A stretch of 64,000 nt of DNA from Endomicrobiales bacterium (GTDB lineage Bacteria > Elusimicrobiota > Endomicrobiia > Endomicrobiales > JALOBY01). The position numbers and the translations under genes were made by a program. This document shows, piece after piece, positions 1-9,484 of this stretch (position 1 is its first letter; every line of letters begins with the position of its first letter). Location of the stretch: positions 192,001 to 256,000 of the forward strand of contig CAWCNJ010000008.1 of assembly GCA_963796955.1 (NCBI GenBank), written 5' to 3'. Under the pieces are notes generated by a model. The model had not been told where the DNA came from. It did not search any database and was given only the letters and a program-made list of their open reading frames with translations.

Positions 1-227
1 TGGATAACGGCAAGTATCTCAAGGATATGCCAACCGTTTATTGCGCCGGATACACAGATAAAAATGCGAACGTAACGGTTCGCACGGCGACGGCAGCCAC
101 TCAGAACACCGGCACGTGGGCATACCAGGATGCATTGCCTACTTCAACCGCTCAAAAACAGTGGGGTGATTTCTGGGTTGACATGAACAACACAGATTCA
201 AAAGGCACCAACTGGGACGCGTATTAA
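1..227 (+). CDS. Type IV pilin/pseudopilin-like protein, C-terminal part (5' end outside window)
   Basis: Frame open from position 3 (DNGKYLKDMPTVYC...WAY...WGDFWVDMNNTDSKGTNWDAY*); sits directly upstream of pilD-pilMNOPQ. The N-terminal prepilin motif is not visible. Confidence 0.6.
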   Translation, partial: DNGKYLKDMPTVYCAGYTDKNANVTVRTATAATQNTGTWAYQDALPTSTAQKQWGDFWVDMNNTDSKGTNWDAY

Positions 228-246
228 TTTAGCGGTCCAGACAAAT

Positions 247-284
247 ATAAGAACCCTTCCGTTTGCGCGGAAGGGTTCTTATTT
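247..284 (+). terminator. Intrinsic terminator, possibly bidirectional
   Basis: Perfect 15-bp inverted repeat ATAAGAACCCTTCCG (247-261) / CGGAAGGGTTCTTAT (268-282), 6-nt loop, short T run after, just downstream of the pilin stop. Confidence 0.8.
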
Positions 285-298
285 GATATCATAATAAT

Positions 299-1069
299 AT
301 GTTATTAATACTTGTGTTCTCTTTTTTTTCAGGCCTATGTTTTGGAAGCTTCGCAAATGTTTGCATCTACCGGCTTCAGAGAGATGAATCAATTGTCTTC
401 CCCGGTTCGCATTGTCCCAAATGCAACGCGCCAATATTCTGGTACCACAACATTCCGATACTCAGTTTTCTTTTTCTGAGAGGCGCGTGCTCCTCCTGCA
501 AAATGCCGATCTCATGGCGATATCCTTCGGTCGAGCTGCTGACCGGGTTTACTTTTGCCATAACCGTCCGCCAGTTTTGGCCCTCGCCATTTACCTACTT
601 CGTTTTAGCTTTTGTGTTCATACTTATCGTTATAAGCGGCATTGATTTTGATACCCAGCTTATTCCCGATATTCTTTCGTATGGCCTTGCGGTGATCGGG
701 CTGGCTGCCGCCCCTTCGAATTATCTGCTTGGCACAGGTATTGGGCACCGCATGATCTTCGCAAGTATCGGTGCTCTGTCAGGCGCCGGACTGCTGATAG
801 CTGTCGCCTTTATCGGCGAAAAAATATTTAAGAAAGAGGCAATGGGCGGGGGGGATATAAAGCTTATGCTTGGGATAGGGGCATTTGTCGGCCCCGGGGG
901 GCTGCTTCAGACAATATTCCTTGCCTCTCTGGCAGGAAGTGTCGCTGGCATCTGGCTTATCATCAGCGGCAGGATGAAACGCGGCCAATATCTTCCTTTC
1001 GGCCCCTGCCTTGCGTTAGGTGCATTTCTTACGCTTCTTCTGCCGGATCTGACCAAATTCGTGAACTAA
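299..1069 (+). CDS. pilD: Prepilin peptidase/N-methyltransferase
   Basis: GSFANVCIYR, SHCPKC...CSSC Zn motif, ID..QLIPD and MGGGDIKL aspartate motifs, C-terminal PFGP.LA. Confidence 0.95.
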   Translation: MLLILVFSFFSGLCFGSFANVCIYRLQRDESIVFPGSHCPKCNAPIFWYHNIPILSFLFLRGACSSCKMPISWRYPSVELLTGFTFAITVRQFWPSPFTYFVLAFVFILIVISGIDFDTQLIPDILSYGLAVIGLAAAPSNYLLGTGIGHRMIFASIGALSGAGLLIAVAFIGEKIFKKEAMGGGDIKLMLGIGAFVGPGGLLQTIFLASLAGSVAGIWLIISGRMKRGQYLPFGPCLALGAFLTLLLPDLTKFVN

Positions 1070-1076
1070 AAAACCA

Positions 1077-1105
1077 TTGACAAATATACATAAATCAGTT
1101 ATATT
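1077..1105 (+). promoter_or_regulatory. Sigma70-type promoter of pilMNOPQ
   Basis: TTGACA (1077-1082), 17-nt spacer, TATATT (1100-1105). Confidence 0.7.
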
Positions 1106-1115
1106 TTAAAGCGAA

Positions 1116-2240
1116 ATGGCGTTATCAATCGGTTCCCTTAAGCTGCCCGACCTCCCCTTCCTTAAACCAAAGGATTGTTTTGCCGTTGACATCGGCTCAT
1201 CTTCCTTAAAAGTGGCATATTTACGTCCCAGCGGCAGCCGTTTCACCCTCCTGAAATATGGCGTATTGCCGATATCGGAAAATGCGGCAGACATTGCTCC
1301 CGCTGACAGAAGATCGGTATCAACCACCCGCCTGGGCGAGTTCCTCGCACGTGAAAAAATACTTACAAAGAACGTTGTCAGTTCCGTGAGCGGCAATCAG
1401 GTTATCGTCCGTTATGTACGCTTTCCCAAGCTTGGGCGCGAAGAACTGATGAAAACGATCCAGTTCGAAGCGGAGCCGTACATCCCGTTCGACATACGGG
1501 ACGTATTCCTGAGCTTCCACATAATCGGTGATATCGTCGAAGAAGGCCAGAAGAAGATGGAGACGATACTGGTCGCGTCAAAAAAAGATGTGGTGCAGTC
1601 CAAACTGGATATTTTGAACGACCTCAACCTTCGCCCGATCGTCGTTGATCTGGACGCGTTCGCGATCAAGAACGCCTACGAGCTTTCCATCGATCCTACC
1701 GTCCCCGAGACAGTTATGCTCATAAACATCGGGGCATCTACGACCAATATTTGCATTGTTGAGAACAATGTTCCACGCGTGGTGCGCGATGTTTTTATCG
1801 CGGGCAACGCATACTCAAAGGCCATACAAAGGGCGGCAGGCTGCGATTATAAGACAGCCGAAGACCTGAAAGCACGGTACAGTCTGCTGGTGACCGCCGA
1901 AGAAAAAGAACGAACGCTGGCTGAAAACCATAAGGAAGCCCTGCAGATATCGAATGCGATAACGCCGGTTACGAAAGAATTGCTCGGAGAGATCCAGCGT
2001 TCGCTGGATTTTTTCATCTCTCAAAACACGGAGCGCAGCGTCAACCGGGTATTGCTGTGCGGCGGCGGAGCTATGCTGAAGAACCTGGACCAGTATCTGC
2101 ACACCGAACTGCGCATCCCTGTTGAAATATTCAATCCGGCAGCGAAGCTTTTGGGCGGAGAATCTGTCCCAGAAAACATCGCGTCCCAATTGGCGGCCGT
2201 GATCGGCCTGGCTGCCAGACGGGAAAACGACATAAAATAA
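1116..2240 (+). CDS. pilM: Type IV pilus assembly protein PilM (actin-like)
   Basis: AVDIGSSSLK, EAEPYIPF, INIGASTT, LCGGGA motifs; gene order. Confidence 0.93.
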   Translation: MALSIGSLKLPDLPFLKPKDCFAVDIGSSSLKVAYLRPSGSRFTLLKYGVLPISENAADIAPADRRSVSTTRLGEFLAREKILTKNVVSSVSGNQVIVRYVRFPKLGREELMKTIQFEAEPYIPFDIRDVFLSFHIIGDIVEEGQKKMETILVASKKDVVQSKLDILNDLNLRPIVVDLDAFAIKNAYELSIDPTVPETVMLINIGASTTNICIVENNVPRVVRDVFIAGNAYSKAIQRAAGCDYKTAEDLKARYSLLVTAEEKERTLAENHKEALQISNAITPVTKELLGEIQRSLDFFISQNTERSVNRVLLCGGGAMLKNLDQYLHTELRIPVEIFNPAAKLLGGESVPENIASQLAAVIGLAARRENDIK

Positions 2241-2241
2241 C

Positions 2242-2805
2242 ATGATCAAAATTAACCTCCTGCCATCTGAATCGATAAAAAAAGAGGAACGTAAGGAAAT
2301 ATTCGCATTGGCCTGCGTTATTGTTGTTATTTGCGTCGGGTTGGGCGGCGTTCATTACACAATGAAGCTTGCCTCTTACGCCAAGCTTAAACAACGCTCA
2401 GAGAAAACGCAGCAGGAGTTAGGCAAATACGAAAATATCGTCAAGCAGGTTGAAGCGCTCCAGGCCACTAAGAACGTTCTTGAGTCAAAAAAGACCGTCA
2501 TTAACACATTGATGACCAGAAGGCTCGTGTATGCTCGGTTCATGGAAGCGATCGTTGACATGCTGCCGGGCAATGTGTGGTTCAAGTCCCTGACAACAAA
2601 ATATGACGGGATCGATAAGCTGGCGTGTTCTCTTTCAGCCGAAGCCAGTGATAATTATGCGATAGCCGATACGATCACGGCCATGGCGGCATCGCCTGCC
2701 TTTTCGGGCGTCGAGTTGGGAGCGATAAACAGCCATTCGGGCCCAAAACAATCTTCGTCATTTACACTGACCTTTTCATATCAGGAAAAAAAGAAAAATG
2801 GATAA
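2242..2805 (+). CDS. pilN: Type IV pilus assembly protein PilN
   Basis: N-terminal IKINLLP motif, one TM helix, coiled coil, LPGNVW. Confidence 0.9.
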   Translation: MIKINLLPSESIKKEERKEIFALACVIVVICVGLGGVHYTMKLASYAKLKQRSEKTQQELGKYENIVKQVEALQATKNVLESKKTVINTLMTRRLVYARFMEAIVDMLPGNVWFKSLTTKYDGIDKLACSLSAEASDNYAIADTITAMAASPAFSGVELGAINSHSGPKQSSSFTLTFSYQEKKKNG

Positions 2806-3343
2806 GAAAACTCAGCAGAACCTTGCCGCTCTTATTATAGGATTCATTCTGGCGATTTTCTTTTATTATAAATTCATGATCGTTCCGCTGGACAAAAAGT
2901 ATTCCTCGGCCCTGGACGAACTTAAAGGTTCTCAAGCCAGGCTGTCTGACATGAAACACAGAGCACTTGAATTACCGAAACTGCAGGGGGAAATGAAGTT
3001 GCTGGAAAGCGAGGTCACCGACCTTGAAAAACGTCTTCCCAAAGACAGGGAGATACCCGGACTGCTGCGCACAATTACAAAAACCGGACAGCATTTCAGG
3101 CTCACCATCGTATCGATCTCTCCCGCCGCACAGACGACCGGCTCCAACTACAATGAGATCCCTTTCCAGATTTCCGCACAAGGGACGTATCATAATCTGG
3201 CAAGCTTTTTTGCAGAGATCGGCCAGGACCCCAGGATACTGAGCGTTAAAGACGTGAATTATAACGCTTCGGCACCGACAAAAGACAACCCCAATACCGT
3301 CAACGCCACGTTCACTCTTGTCGCGTATACATTTAAAGGATGA
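2798..3343 (+). CDS. pilO: Type IV pilus assembly protein PilO
   Basis: TM helix plus coiled coil, LP.DREIP.LL, GTYHNLASFF motif. Confidence 0.9.
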   Translation: MDKKTQQNLAALIIGFILAIFFYYKFMIVPLDKKYSSALDELKGSQARLSDMKHRALELPKLQGEMKLLESEVTDLEKRLPKDREIPGLLRTITKTGQHFRLTIVSISPAAQTTGSNYNEIPFQISAQGTYHNLASFFAEIGQDPRILSVKDVNYNASAPTKDNPNTVNATFTLVAYTFKG

Positions 3344-3344
3344 T

Positions 3345-3806
3345 ATGACCCGGAAATATTATTTAATGATCGTTCCTCTTATATGTTTTTTTTCGGCGTG
3401 CGGACGGGATCCGGATGTTACTGATACCTACTATTCGCCCAAAGCCAATTCAGCAGCCGCCGCAACACCTGCAACAAAGAAAGAAGACGATGTATATGTG
3501 TATAAAGGCGGCCAGAAACCGGACCCTTTCGTACCTCAAAACACGGAAGCGCCCGTGGCCGCGGCAGGCGAGATCACTATTCCGAACCTTTCAAGTTTAT
3601 CGCTTAAAGGCATCTTTTCGCTTGGTAAACAAAGAACGGCCCTCATAGCGGGAACCGGAACGACCTATATACTTAAAGACAGCCGTCTTTACGATAGCCG
3701 TCAGCGTCTGATCAAAGGGATCTCGGGAGCCATTAAAGAAAATTCCGTGATCCTTATTGCACAGGATAAGACGATGAGAGAACTTAAATTACATGATAAA
3801 GAATAG
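3345..3806 (+). CDS. PilP-like lipoprotein
   Basis: Start moved to ATG 3345 (SD AAGGA 3336-3340); lipobox FSAC, Y.....PDPF and L.LKGI motifs; lies between pilO and pilQ. Confidence 0.7.
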   Translation: MTRKYYLMIVPLICFFSACGRDPDVTDTYYSPKANSAAAATPATKKEDDVYVYKGGQKPDPFVPQNTEAPVAAAGEITIPNLSSLSLKGIFSLGKQRTALIAGTGTTYILKDSRLYDSRQRLIKGISGAIKENSVILIAQDKTMRELKLHDKE

Positions 3807-3828
3807 ATTTTCAGGAGGCACATCCAAC

Positions 3829-5889
3829 ATGAGAAAAGTGATCATTTCCCTGGTGCTATGCGTCGTGGCAGCTGTGTCGATACGTGCGGCGGAATTCGTT
3901 ACTCTTGATAAGACCAGCGTGCAGGGCAATGATGTGGTCATGACTCTTTCCGGAACATCGAAATATCATGCGTTCAAAATAGCGAACCCTCCCCGGCTGG
4001 TGGTAGAGTTCACGAACACGGAACACAACGTAAAGAATCACGAGTTGGCGATCAACGGTGATCTGATAAAACGGGTCCGCAGCGGACAATTTCAAAATGA
4101 GCCGGTGAAGATCGCGCGGGTCGTTATAGATCTTAAACGGGCTTCCGAATATCAGGTAAAAAATAACGGCAACATCGTCACTGTTTCCTTTGGTAGTGAG
4201 ACGGCCGCTAAAGTCGCGGAAGAAAAGAGCACGGAAAAAGCGCCTGCCCCAACCCCAAAAAAGAAAACGATACCGGCAAAGGTAGCCGCTGCGCCGGTAG
4301 CGCCTCCGGCAGCTCCTCCTGCAACTACCCCGGCGACGACGCCCACAGCAGCGGTCCCCTCAACGACGGAGAAAAATGCTAAGGCCGCTGAGCCTGCAGC
4401 ACCGGCACCCGTGCCATCTGCCGCAAAGATAGAGACAGAACCACCGGTACAGGAAGTAGTCGCAAAACCTCTGGAAGAAGAAACGACCGCCCCGCAGGCA
4501 AAGGGGGCTCAGGATGAAGCGGTTACCGCGACCGTAATGCCGGGAACCGTGAAATCGGAAGTTCAGGTGGAACAGCCAAAACCCGTTGCAACACATTCAA
4601 AGACCGCGGCACCCGCCTCTACCAGGTCTGATACCGGTGTACGGCTGCCCACGATGCCGGTCAGTATAGATTTTCAGGATGCGGACATTAGAGATGTGCT
4701 GCGAGTACTGGCAATGAAAAGCGGCGTTAATATTATCTATGGTCCTGATGTTGAAGGCAATATTACGATCAAACTTGACAATGTCCCTTTCAATAAAGCA
4801 TTCGACACCATACTAACCTTGAAGGGCCTGGTCAGCCAGGAGCAAAGTTCCAACATCCTGCGCATTGCGACCCCTAAAAAGATCTCCGACGAAAGATCTG
4901 AAGCGGTAACGTTCACCAAGATATTTCCGTTAAATTACGCCAAGGCGGAAGAAGTAAAAGGGAACCTTGATTCTGTCAGGCAGGCGGAAGGCAGAAAAGG
5001 CAATATTGCGGTCGACTCCAGAACTAACAGCCTCATTATTACTGACACACCCGAAGGTCTTGATAATTGTCTTAAGATCATATCGGATTTGGACAAAAAA
5101 CCGCAACAGGTTTGTATTGAGGCGCGTATCGTGGAAATGGTCGTAAGCAATACGGATGATCTGGGTATACAATGGCAATACGCAAAGGAAACCCCGGGAA
5201 ACCCGACGACGACAGTCGGATTAACTAATGGAGTCGGCGCTGCCGCGGTAACGAACGGGTTTAACGGGTCTAATCAATCCCCTGTGACGGCAGCGGGCGG
5301 CGGCACCGGCGTAACACTGGGAGCCGCGCCTGTTAACGGCGCAATAGGGGCATTCTCTTTCGGCGTCTTCAAAAGCGGAGAGTTCGCTCTGAGCGCAACA
5401 TTGAACGCGCTGGCTCAGCGGGGACTTTCACGAATTTTATCCGCTCCAAAGATCACCACAATCAACAATCAGCAGGCGCGTATTTTAGTCGGTCAAAAGA
5501 TCCCGTATACAACGACCACGGTTTCTCAGGCCGGCTCAACACAACAGACCCAATTCCTTGATGTCGGGGTAAAAATGACCGTTATACCAACGATCAATGC
5601 GGACAAACGCATCACGCTCTACGTGAAACCGGAAGTATCCCTGTACGTGAGAGCGGATGCCGCCGGTCCCGTGATCGGATCGCGTGAGGCGGAAACAACA
5701 GTGCTGGTCAATAACGGCGATACCGTCGTGATCGGCGGCTTAATAACCGATCAGGACATCAAGAACGGTACCTCAGTGCCTCTGCTGGGCGACATTCCTA
5801 TTATTGGACATCTTTTCAGAAGGGACTTTAAGAGTAAAGACCGCACCGAACTGCTGGTATTCATCACACCCAGAATACTTGAAAATTAA
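3829..5889 (+). CDS. pilQ: Type IV pilus secretin PilQ with N-terminal AMIN domain and Pro/Ala/Thr-rich linker
   Basis: Start 3829 after AGGAGG; NPPRLVVEF...ARVVIDL (AMIN), FQDADIRDVLR, QVCIEARIVE, VPLLGDIPIIGHLFR...ELLVFITPRI secretin signature. Confidence 0.95.
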   Translation: MRKVIISLVLCVVAAVSIRAAEFVTLDKTSVQGNDVVMTLSGTSKYHAFKIANPPRLVVEFTNTEHNVKNHELAINGDLIKRVRSGQFQNEPVKIARVVIDLKRASEYQVKNNGNIVTVSFGSETAAKVAEEKSTEKAPAPTPKKKTIPAKVAAAPVAPPAAPPATTPATTPTAAVPSTTEKNAKAAEPAAPAPVPSAAKIETEPPVQEVVAKPLEEETTAPQAKGAQDEAVTATVMPGTVKSEVQVEQPKPVATHSKTAAPASTRSDTGVRLPTMPVSIDFQDADIRDVLRVLAMKSGVNIIYGPDVEGNITIKLDNVPFNKAFDTILTLKGLVSQEQSSNILRIATPKKISDERSEAVTFTKIFPLNYAKAEEVKGNLDSVRQAEGRKGNIAVDSRTNSLIITDTPEGLDNCLKIISDLDKKPQQVCIEARIVEMVVSNTDDLGIQWQYAKETPGNPTTTVGLTNGVGAAAVTNGFNGSNQSPVTAAGGGTGVTLGAAPVNGAIGAFSFGVFKSGEFALSATLNALAQRGLSRILSAPKITTINNQQARILVGQKIPYTTTTVSQAGSTQQTQFLDVGVKMTVIPTINADKRITLYVKPEVSLYVRADAAGPVIGSREAETTVLVNNGDTVVIGGLITDQDIKNGTSVPLLGDIPIIGHLFRRDFKSKDRTELLVFITPRILEN

Positions 5890-5901
5890 CCGTCCGGATT
5901 C

Positions 5902-5937
5902 AAAAACCCATAACGATGTACCGTTGTGGGTTTTTTT
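5902..5937 (+). terminator. Intrinsic terminator after pilQ
   Basis: AAAAACCCATAACG / CGTTGTGGGTTTTT hairpin ending in a T7 tract. Confidence 0.8.
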
Positions 5938-5957
5938 ATTGTCGGGAAAACCATAAC

Positions 5958-7559
5958 ATGAAAAGAATCCGTATATTTTTCGCAGATCACTGGCTCGAGG
6001 CCGGCTTAGGGCTTGTTCTAGCTCTGGCGCCGGTACTGCGCTTTTCATGGGATCTTTGGGCTCAAACGATCCTGCACTGTGTTGCACTGCTCCTGCTGGC
6101 GGTATTCCTGCTGTTGTACCGGCCCTCCTTATCGTTTTTTTCATTAAGCATTGCCGGCTTCTTCGCGGCAGCGCTTGCGACCATGTTCATGTCCTCTAAC
6201 AGAGCGGTGACACGGAACGAGTTGATGGTCCTCTTCGATGCTCTCGTTTTTTGCTGGCTGTTCGCCCAACTGCCAGAAGGCAAGAAACGGGCGCTGCTTC
6301 GTATCCCCTGTCTGGCAGGGGTATGGCTTTCTGTAATACTTTTATACTATTTCGTTCAATCCCCACTTCATTACTTTTCATACAGTAATTTACAGACAGA
6401 AGCGATCGTAAATTTGAATGTCATAGCAGGATATCTGCTGCTTGCGCTGGGAACCTCTTTTATATTCATTGAGCCGGATGACAATCGTTCATTGATCATG
6501 CCCGTTATACTGGCCGCGGGTATCGTATTCACCGGATCGCGCGGGGCATTGCTTGCGGGAGGCGCTGAGACGGCGATATTTTTTGCCCTTGACCGCAAAT
6601 CGCGTGGAAGATCTTTCTTGTCCGGTCTGTTGATCGTGATCCTGCTGTTGGTTTTGATAACGCTGAACAAAACAAGAGCTCATACGCCCATATCATTTTT
6701 CATTACCGACAGGCTTGACTGGTGGCGCACCGCACTGAGCGCCTTCCTTGCGAGCCCATTGTTAGGGCATGGGTGGGGCGGTTTCGGAGGATTCTCCTCT
6801 GTATATAAAATACGTCCCGGACTTAATTCGCTGTATTGCCACAATTTGATACTGCAGGTGGCGGCTGAGTCGGGATTAGCGGGCCTTGCCGCGATCTCGG
6901 TCTTTTTATTCGCCGCTTTTTCCCGAACGTTGAGGCGCTTATTGAGCGGACAGCGGATAATGCTGCCGGTATTATTGGCGCTCACCGGTTTCCTGGCCCA
7001 GAATCTTTTTGATTACAGCTTTTATATACCTGGTGTCATGATACTATTTTTTGTTTTGTGCGCCTTCTCCTGTCAGGCTTCATCTCAACGGCGTCCGCTG
7101 AACGTTACCGCCCTGATAGTAACAATAGCGGTTGTGGCCGGTGTTATCGTGCTCGCGGTACAGCCGTTGCGTGCAAGCCGGAACTACCAGCATGCCACAT
7201 ACCTTTTCAAAGCTGGACACGAAACGGAGGCCGACCGTTTTCTCGCTACCGCGACAAGGCTGGACCCCCTTGATCCGCAGATATACGCCGCCCGCGCGGA
7301 AATAGCTTTCAGTGTTTACACACGCACCAAAGACGATAGTTTTATCGCACAAGCCGTCGACTACCAAAAGAAGGCCGTCGAATTGTTCGACACAGACGCC
7401 TCTCTCTGGGGAGACCTTGCCTGGCTGATGACTGTCAGGGGTGATGAGCAGGGGGCGCTCTCGGCGGTGTCCCAGGCCATAAAGCTTGATCGTTTTAATG
7501 AAAGGTACAAGGGTATTCAGAGGGCTATTATTGCGGGTCACCCGGATGAGGATCTATGA
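5958..7559 (+). CDS. O-antigen ligase family (Wzy_C) protein with C-terminal TPRs; candidate O-oligosaccharyltransferase
   Basis: Polytopic; TGSRGA, R...W..A......PLLGHGWGGF, HNLILQVAAESGLAG motifs; TPR-like helical tail. Confidence 0.85.
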   Translation: MKRIRIFFADHWLEAGLGLVLALAPVLRFSWDLWAQTILHCVALLLLAVFLLLYRPSLSFFSLSIAGFFAAALATMFMSSNRAVTRNELMVLFDALVFCWLFAQLPEGKKRALLRIPCLAGVWLSVILLYYFVQSPLHYFSYSNLQTEAIVNLNVIAGYLLLALGTSFIFIEPDDNRSLIMPVILAAGIVFTGSRGALLAGGAETAIFFALDRKSRGRSFLSGLLIVILLLVLITLNKTRAHTPISFFITDRLDWWRTALSAFLASPLLGHGWGGFGGFSSVYKIRPGLNSLYCHNLILQVAAESGLAGLAAISVFLFAAFSRTLRRLLSGQRIMLPVLLALTGFLAQNLFDYSFYIPGVMILFFVLCAFSCQASSQRRPLNVTALIVTIAVVAGVIVLAVQPLRASRNYQHATYLFKAGHETEADRFLATATRLDPLDPQIYAARAEIAFSVYTRTKDDSFIAQAVDYQKKAVELFDTDASLWGDLAWLMTVRGDEQGALSAVSQAIKLDRFNERYKGIQRAIIAGHPDEDL

Positions 7560-9484
7560 GATCGCACGAACGGCTGCACCCTCTCATGGTTTTATTCTTT
7601 GCGGTCTCCTGCCTGTTCCTGCCCCAAATAGTGACCGGCAAAAGCTATTTTATCCGGGACGTCACCTATATTTTCCAGCCGTGGAGAGCTCTTGCCGCTC
7701 AGGCACTGCAGGCCGGCCAGTTCCCTTTGTGGAACCACCAGGTATATTGCGGCATGCCTTTCGCCGGGAACTGGCAGTCGGCGGTGTTCTATCCTTTTTC
7801 CATTCTTTTCCACCTGCTGCCTTTTTCGTCGGCGCTTCCGCTTTTTCAAGCATCGCAAATGTTCCTTGCGGGTTTTTTCGCCTTTTTGTTTTTCCGGCAT
7901 ATCGGTTTGAACAAATTCGCTTCGGGCACGGGGATGGCGGTTTTTGCCTTCGGCGGTTACCTGTTCATGCACTTGGAATTTTTGAGCCACTCAGGCGCGA
8001 CGACGTGGCTCTTCGCGCTTTTGCTGCTTTCTTCCACCTGGTGGGCCCTTGCGTTCGCATCGGCGCTGTGCCTGCTTGCAGGACATCCGGTCTCTATTCT
8101 GTGTCTCGCGGTTGGGGGGTGCTTTGTTTTCACCGCTAAAAAATCAACGATCATTGAAAGGGCCGGGTTCTTCACACTGGCAATGATGGTCTCTCTGCTC
8201 ATCGCAGCCGTTCAGGTGCTGCCTGTGCTCGATCTGGCTCAGCATAGTGCGCGGGTTATCGCAGGCCTGCTCAGGCCGGATGCAGTGGCGTACGCACTAA
8301 CCCTGCGCGGATTGGCGACCATTATCTCACCCTACTTACAAGATTCAAGCGTACCCCGGGTTTTCGGCGAAATGTTTTCGTGGGCTGACACGGTTACCAT
8401 AGGAGTTATAGGGTCGATACTTTCTATTTTAGGCGTTGTTTACGGATCCAGCCGAAAAGGCCGCAATGCGAAACCGGTCATTCTATTCGCGCTCGTTCTT
8501 ACAACCGCAGGAATTATATTAGGTATGGGCCGGGCAACACCTGTTTTTCCGTTGCTGAACGCATCTATGCCGGGAATAAATTTGTTGCGCTACCCCTCTC
8601 AGTATTTCCTGTTAGCCTGCACCGGCCTGGCAATTCTTGCCGGCATCGGTGCCGCCGCCATGCGGGCGGGGGCAGCCGTGATGCTGCTGGTAACCTGCGA
8701 GCTACTGCTTTCTTTTTGCATGTTCCAACCCATGACGGATAGCGATTACTTCAGGAACAAATCACAGTCAGCTGCGTTTTTACAGGCCCGGACAGGTTAC
8801 GATAGATACATCCTGAGCCCGGGGACACAATCAAATCATGAGATGAAATTTTTATCAGATACAGCTCAAACATGGCAACAGCGCCGCTCGTATTTGACTG
8901 GGCTCAGCAGTATACCGTATCGATTACACAATGCGTATGGTATGGGGGAACCGCTGGTCCCGGCAAACGTCGAAAGACTTGTTGATCTTGCCTATACCGC
9001 TCAAACCCCGCAGGCCGCATGCGGTGTTTACCGGACCCTGGGCGTAAAATATCTGGTCTGTCGACAGCCGCTGACCGATGACACCGGGTATACTCTGCTG
9101 AATGATCACGAACCCTGGATGTATGAACTGAACGAAACTGAGGGTATCGAGGCCCTGGAGCCGGCGGATTCGGCCAGGCTCACGCTCAGGAATGAGAGTT
9201 TTACCGGTGTTGCCTATGACTTTACGGCGATCGCTCCTGCGCTCGTTACGGTGCGCATCCCGGCTCTGCCCGGCTGGCAGTTGTACATTTCCGGCACACG
9301 CAGGCCGTTGGAGATCACCGGCGACAATTTTATGCGTTTCGCGGTCTTCCCCGGCATAACAAAAGCCTGGCTGCGCTATGAACCGGCCTCGTTCGCGCTT
9401 GGTTTATGGATAACACTTTTTACGATCCTTACGCTGTGCGCCATGGCTTTCAGGCAGCTCAGAAAGGGGGATATCCCTGCGTAA
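7556..9484 (+). CDS. YfhO-family membrane protein (GT-C-type glycosyltransferase)
   Basis: RD...F.PW...G.FPLWN...YCGMPF.GN.QSAVFYP motif, LRYP, C-terminal PGW...YEP.SF.LG. Confidence 0.8.
   Translation: MRSHERLHPLMVLFFAVSCLFLPQIVTGKSYFIRDVTYIFQPWRALAAQALQAGQFPLWNHQVYCGMPFAGNWQSAVFYPFSILFHLLPFSSALPLFQASQMFLAGFFAFLFFRHIGLNKFASGTGMAVFAFGGYLFMHLEFLSHSGATTWLFALLLLSSTWWALAFASALCLLAGHPVSILCLAVGGCFVFTAKKSTIIERAGFFTLAMMVSLLIAAVQVLPVLDLAQHSARVIAGLLRPDAVAYALTLRGLATIISPYLQDSSVPRVFGEMFSWADTVTIGVIGSILSILGVVYGSSRKGRNAKPVILFALVLTTAGIILGMGRATPVFPLLNASMPGINLLRYPSQYFLLACTGLAILAGIGAAAMRAGAAVMLLVTCELLLSFCMFQPMTDSDYFRNKSQSAAFLQARTGYDRYILSPGTQSNHEMKFLSDTAQTWQQRRSYLTGLSSIPYRLHNAYGMGEPLVPANVERLVDLAYTAQTPQAACGVYRTLGVKYLVCRQPLTDDTGYTLLNDHEPWMYELNETEGIEALEPADSARLTLRNESFTGVAYDFTAIAPALVTVRIPALPGWQLYISGTRRPLEITGDNFMRFAVFPGITKAWLRYEPASFALGLWITLFTILTLCAMAFRQLRKGDIPA

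Noticed and set aside
4250..4420. DNA tandem repeat or CRISPR-like array in pilQ
   Set aside because: The repetition is at the amino-acid level (Pro/Ala/Thr) with varied codons; no repeat-spacer structure here or elsewhere in the window.
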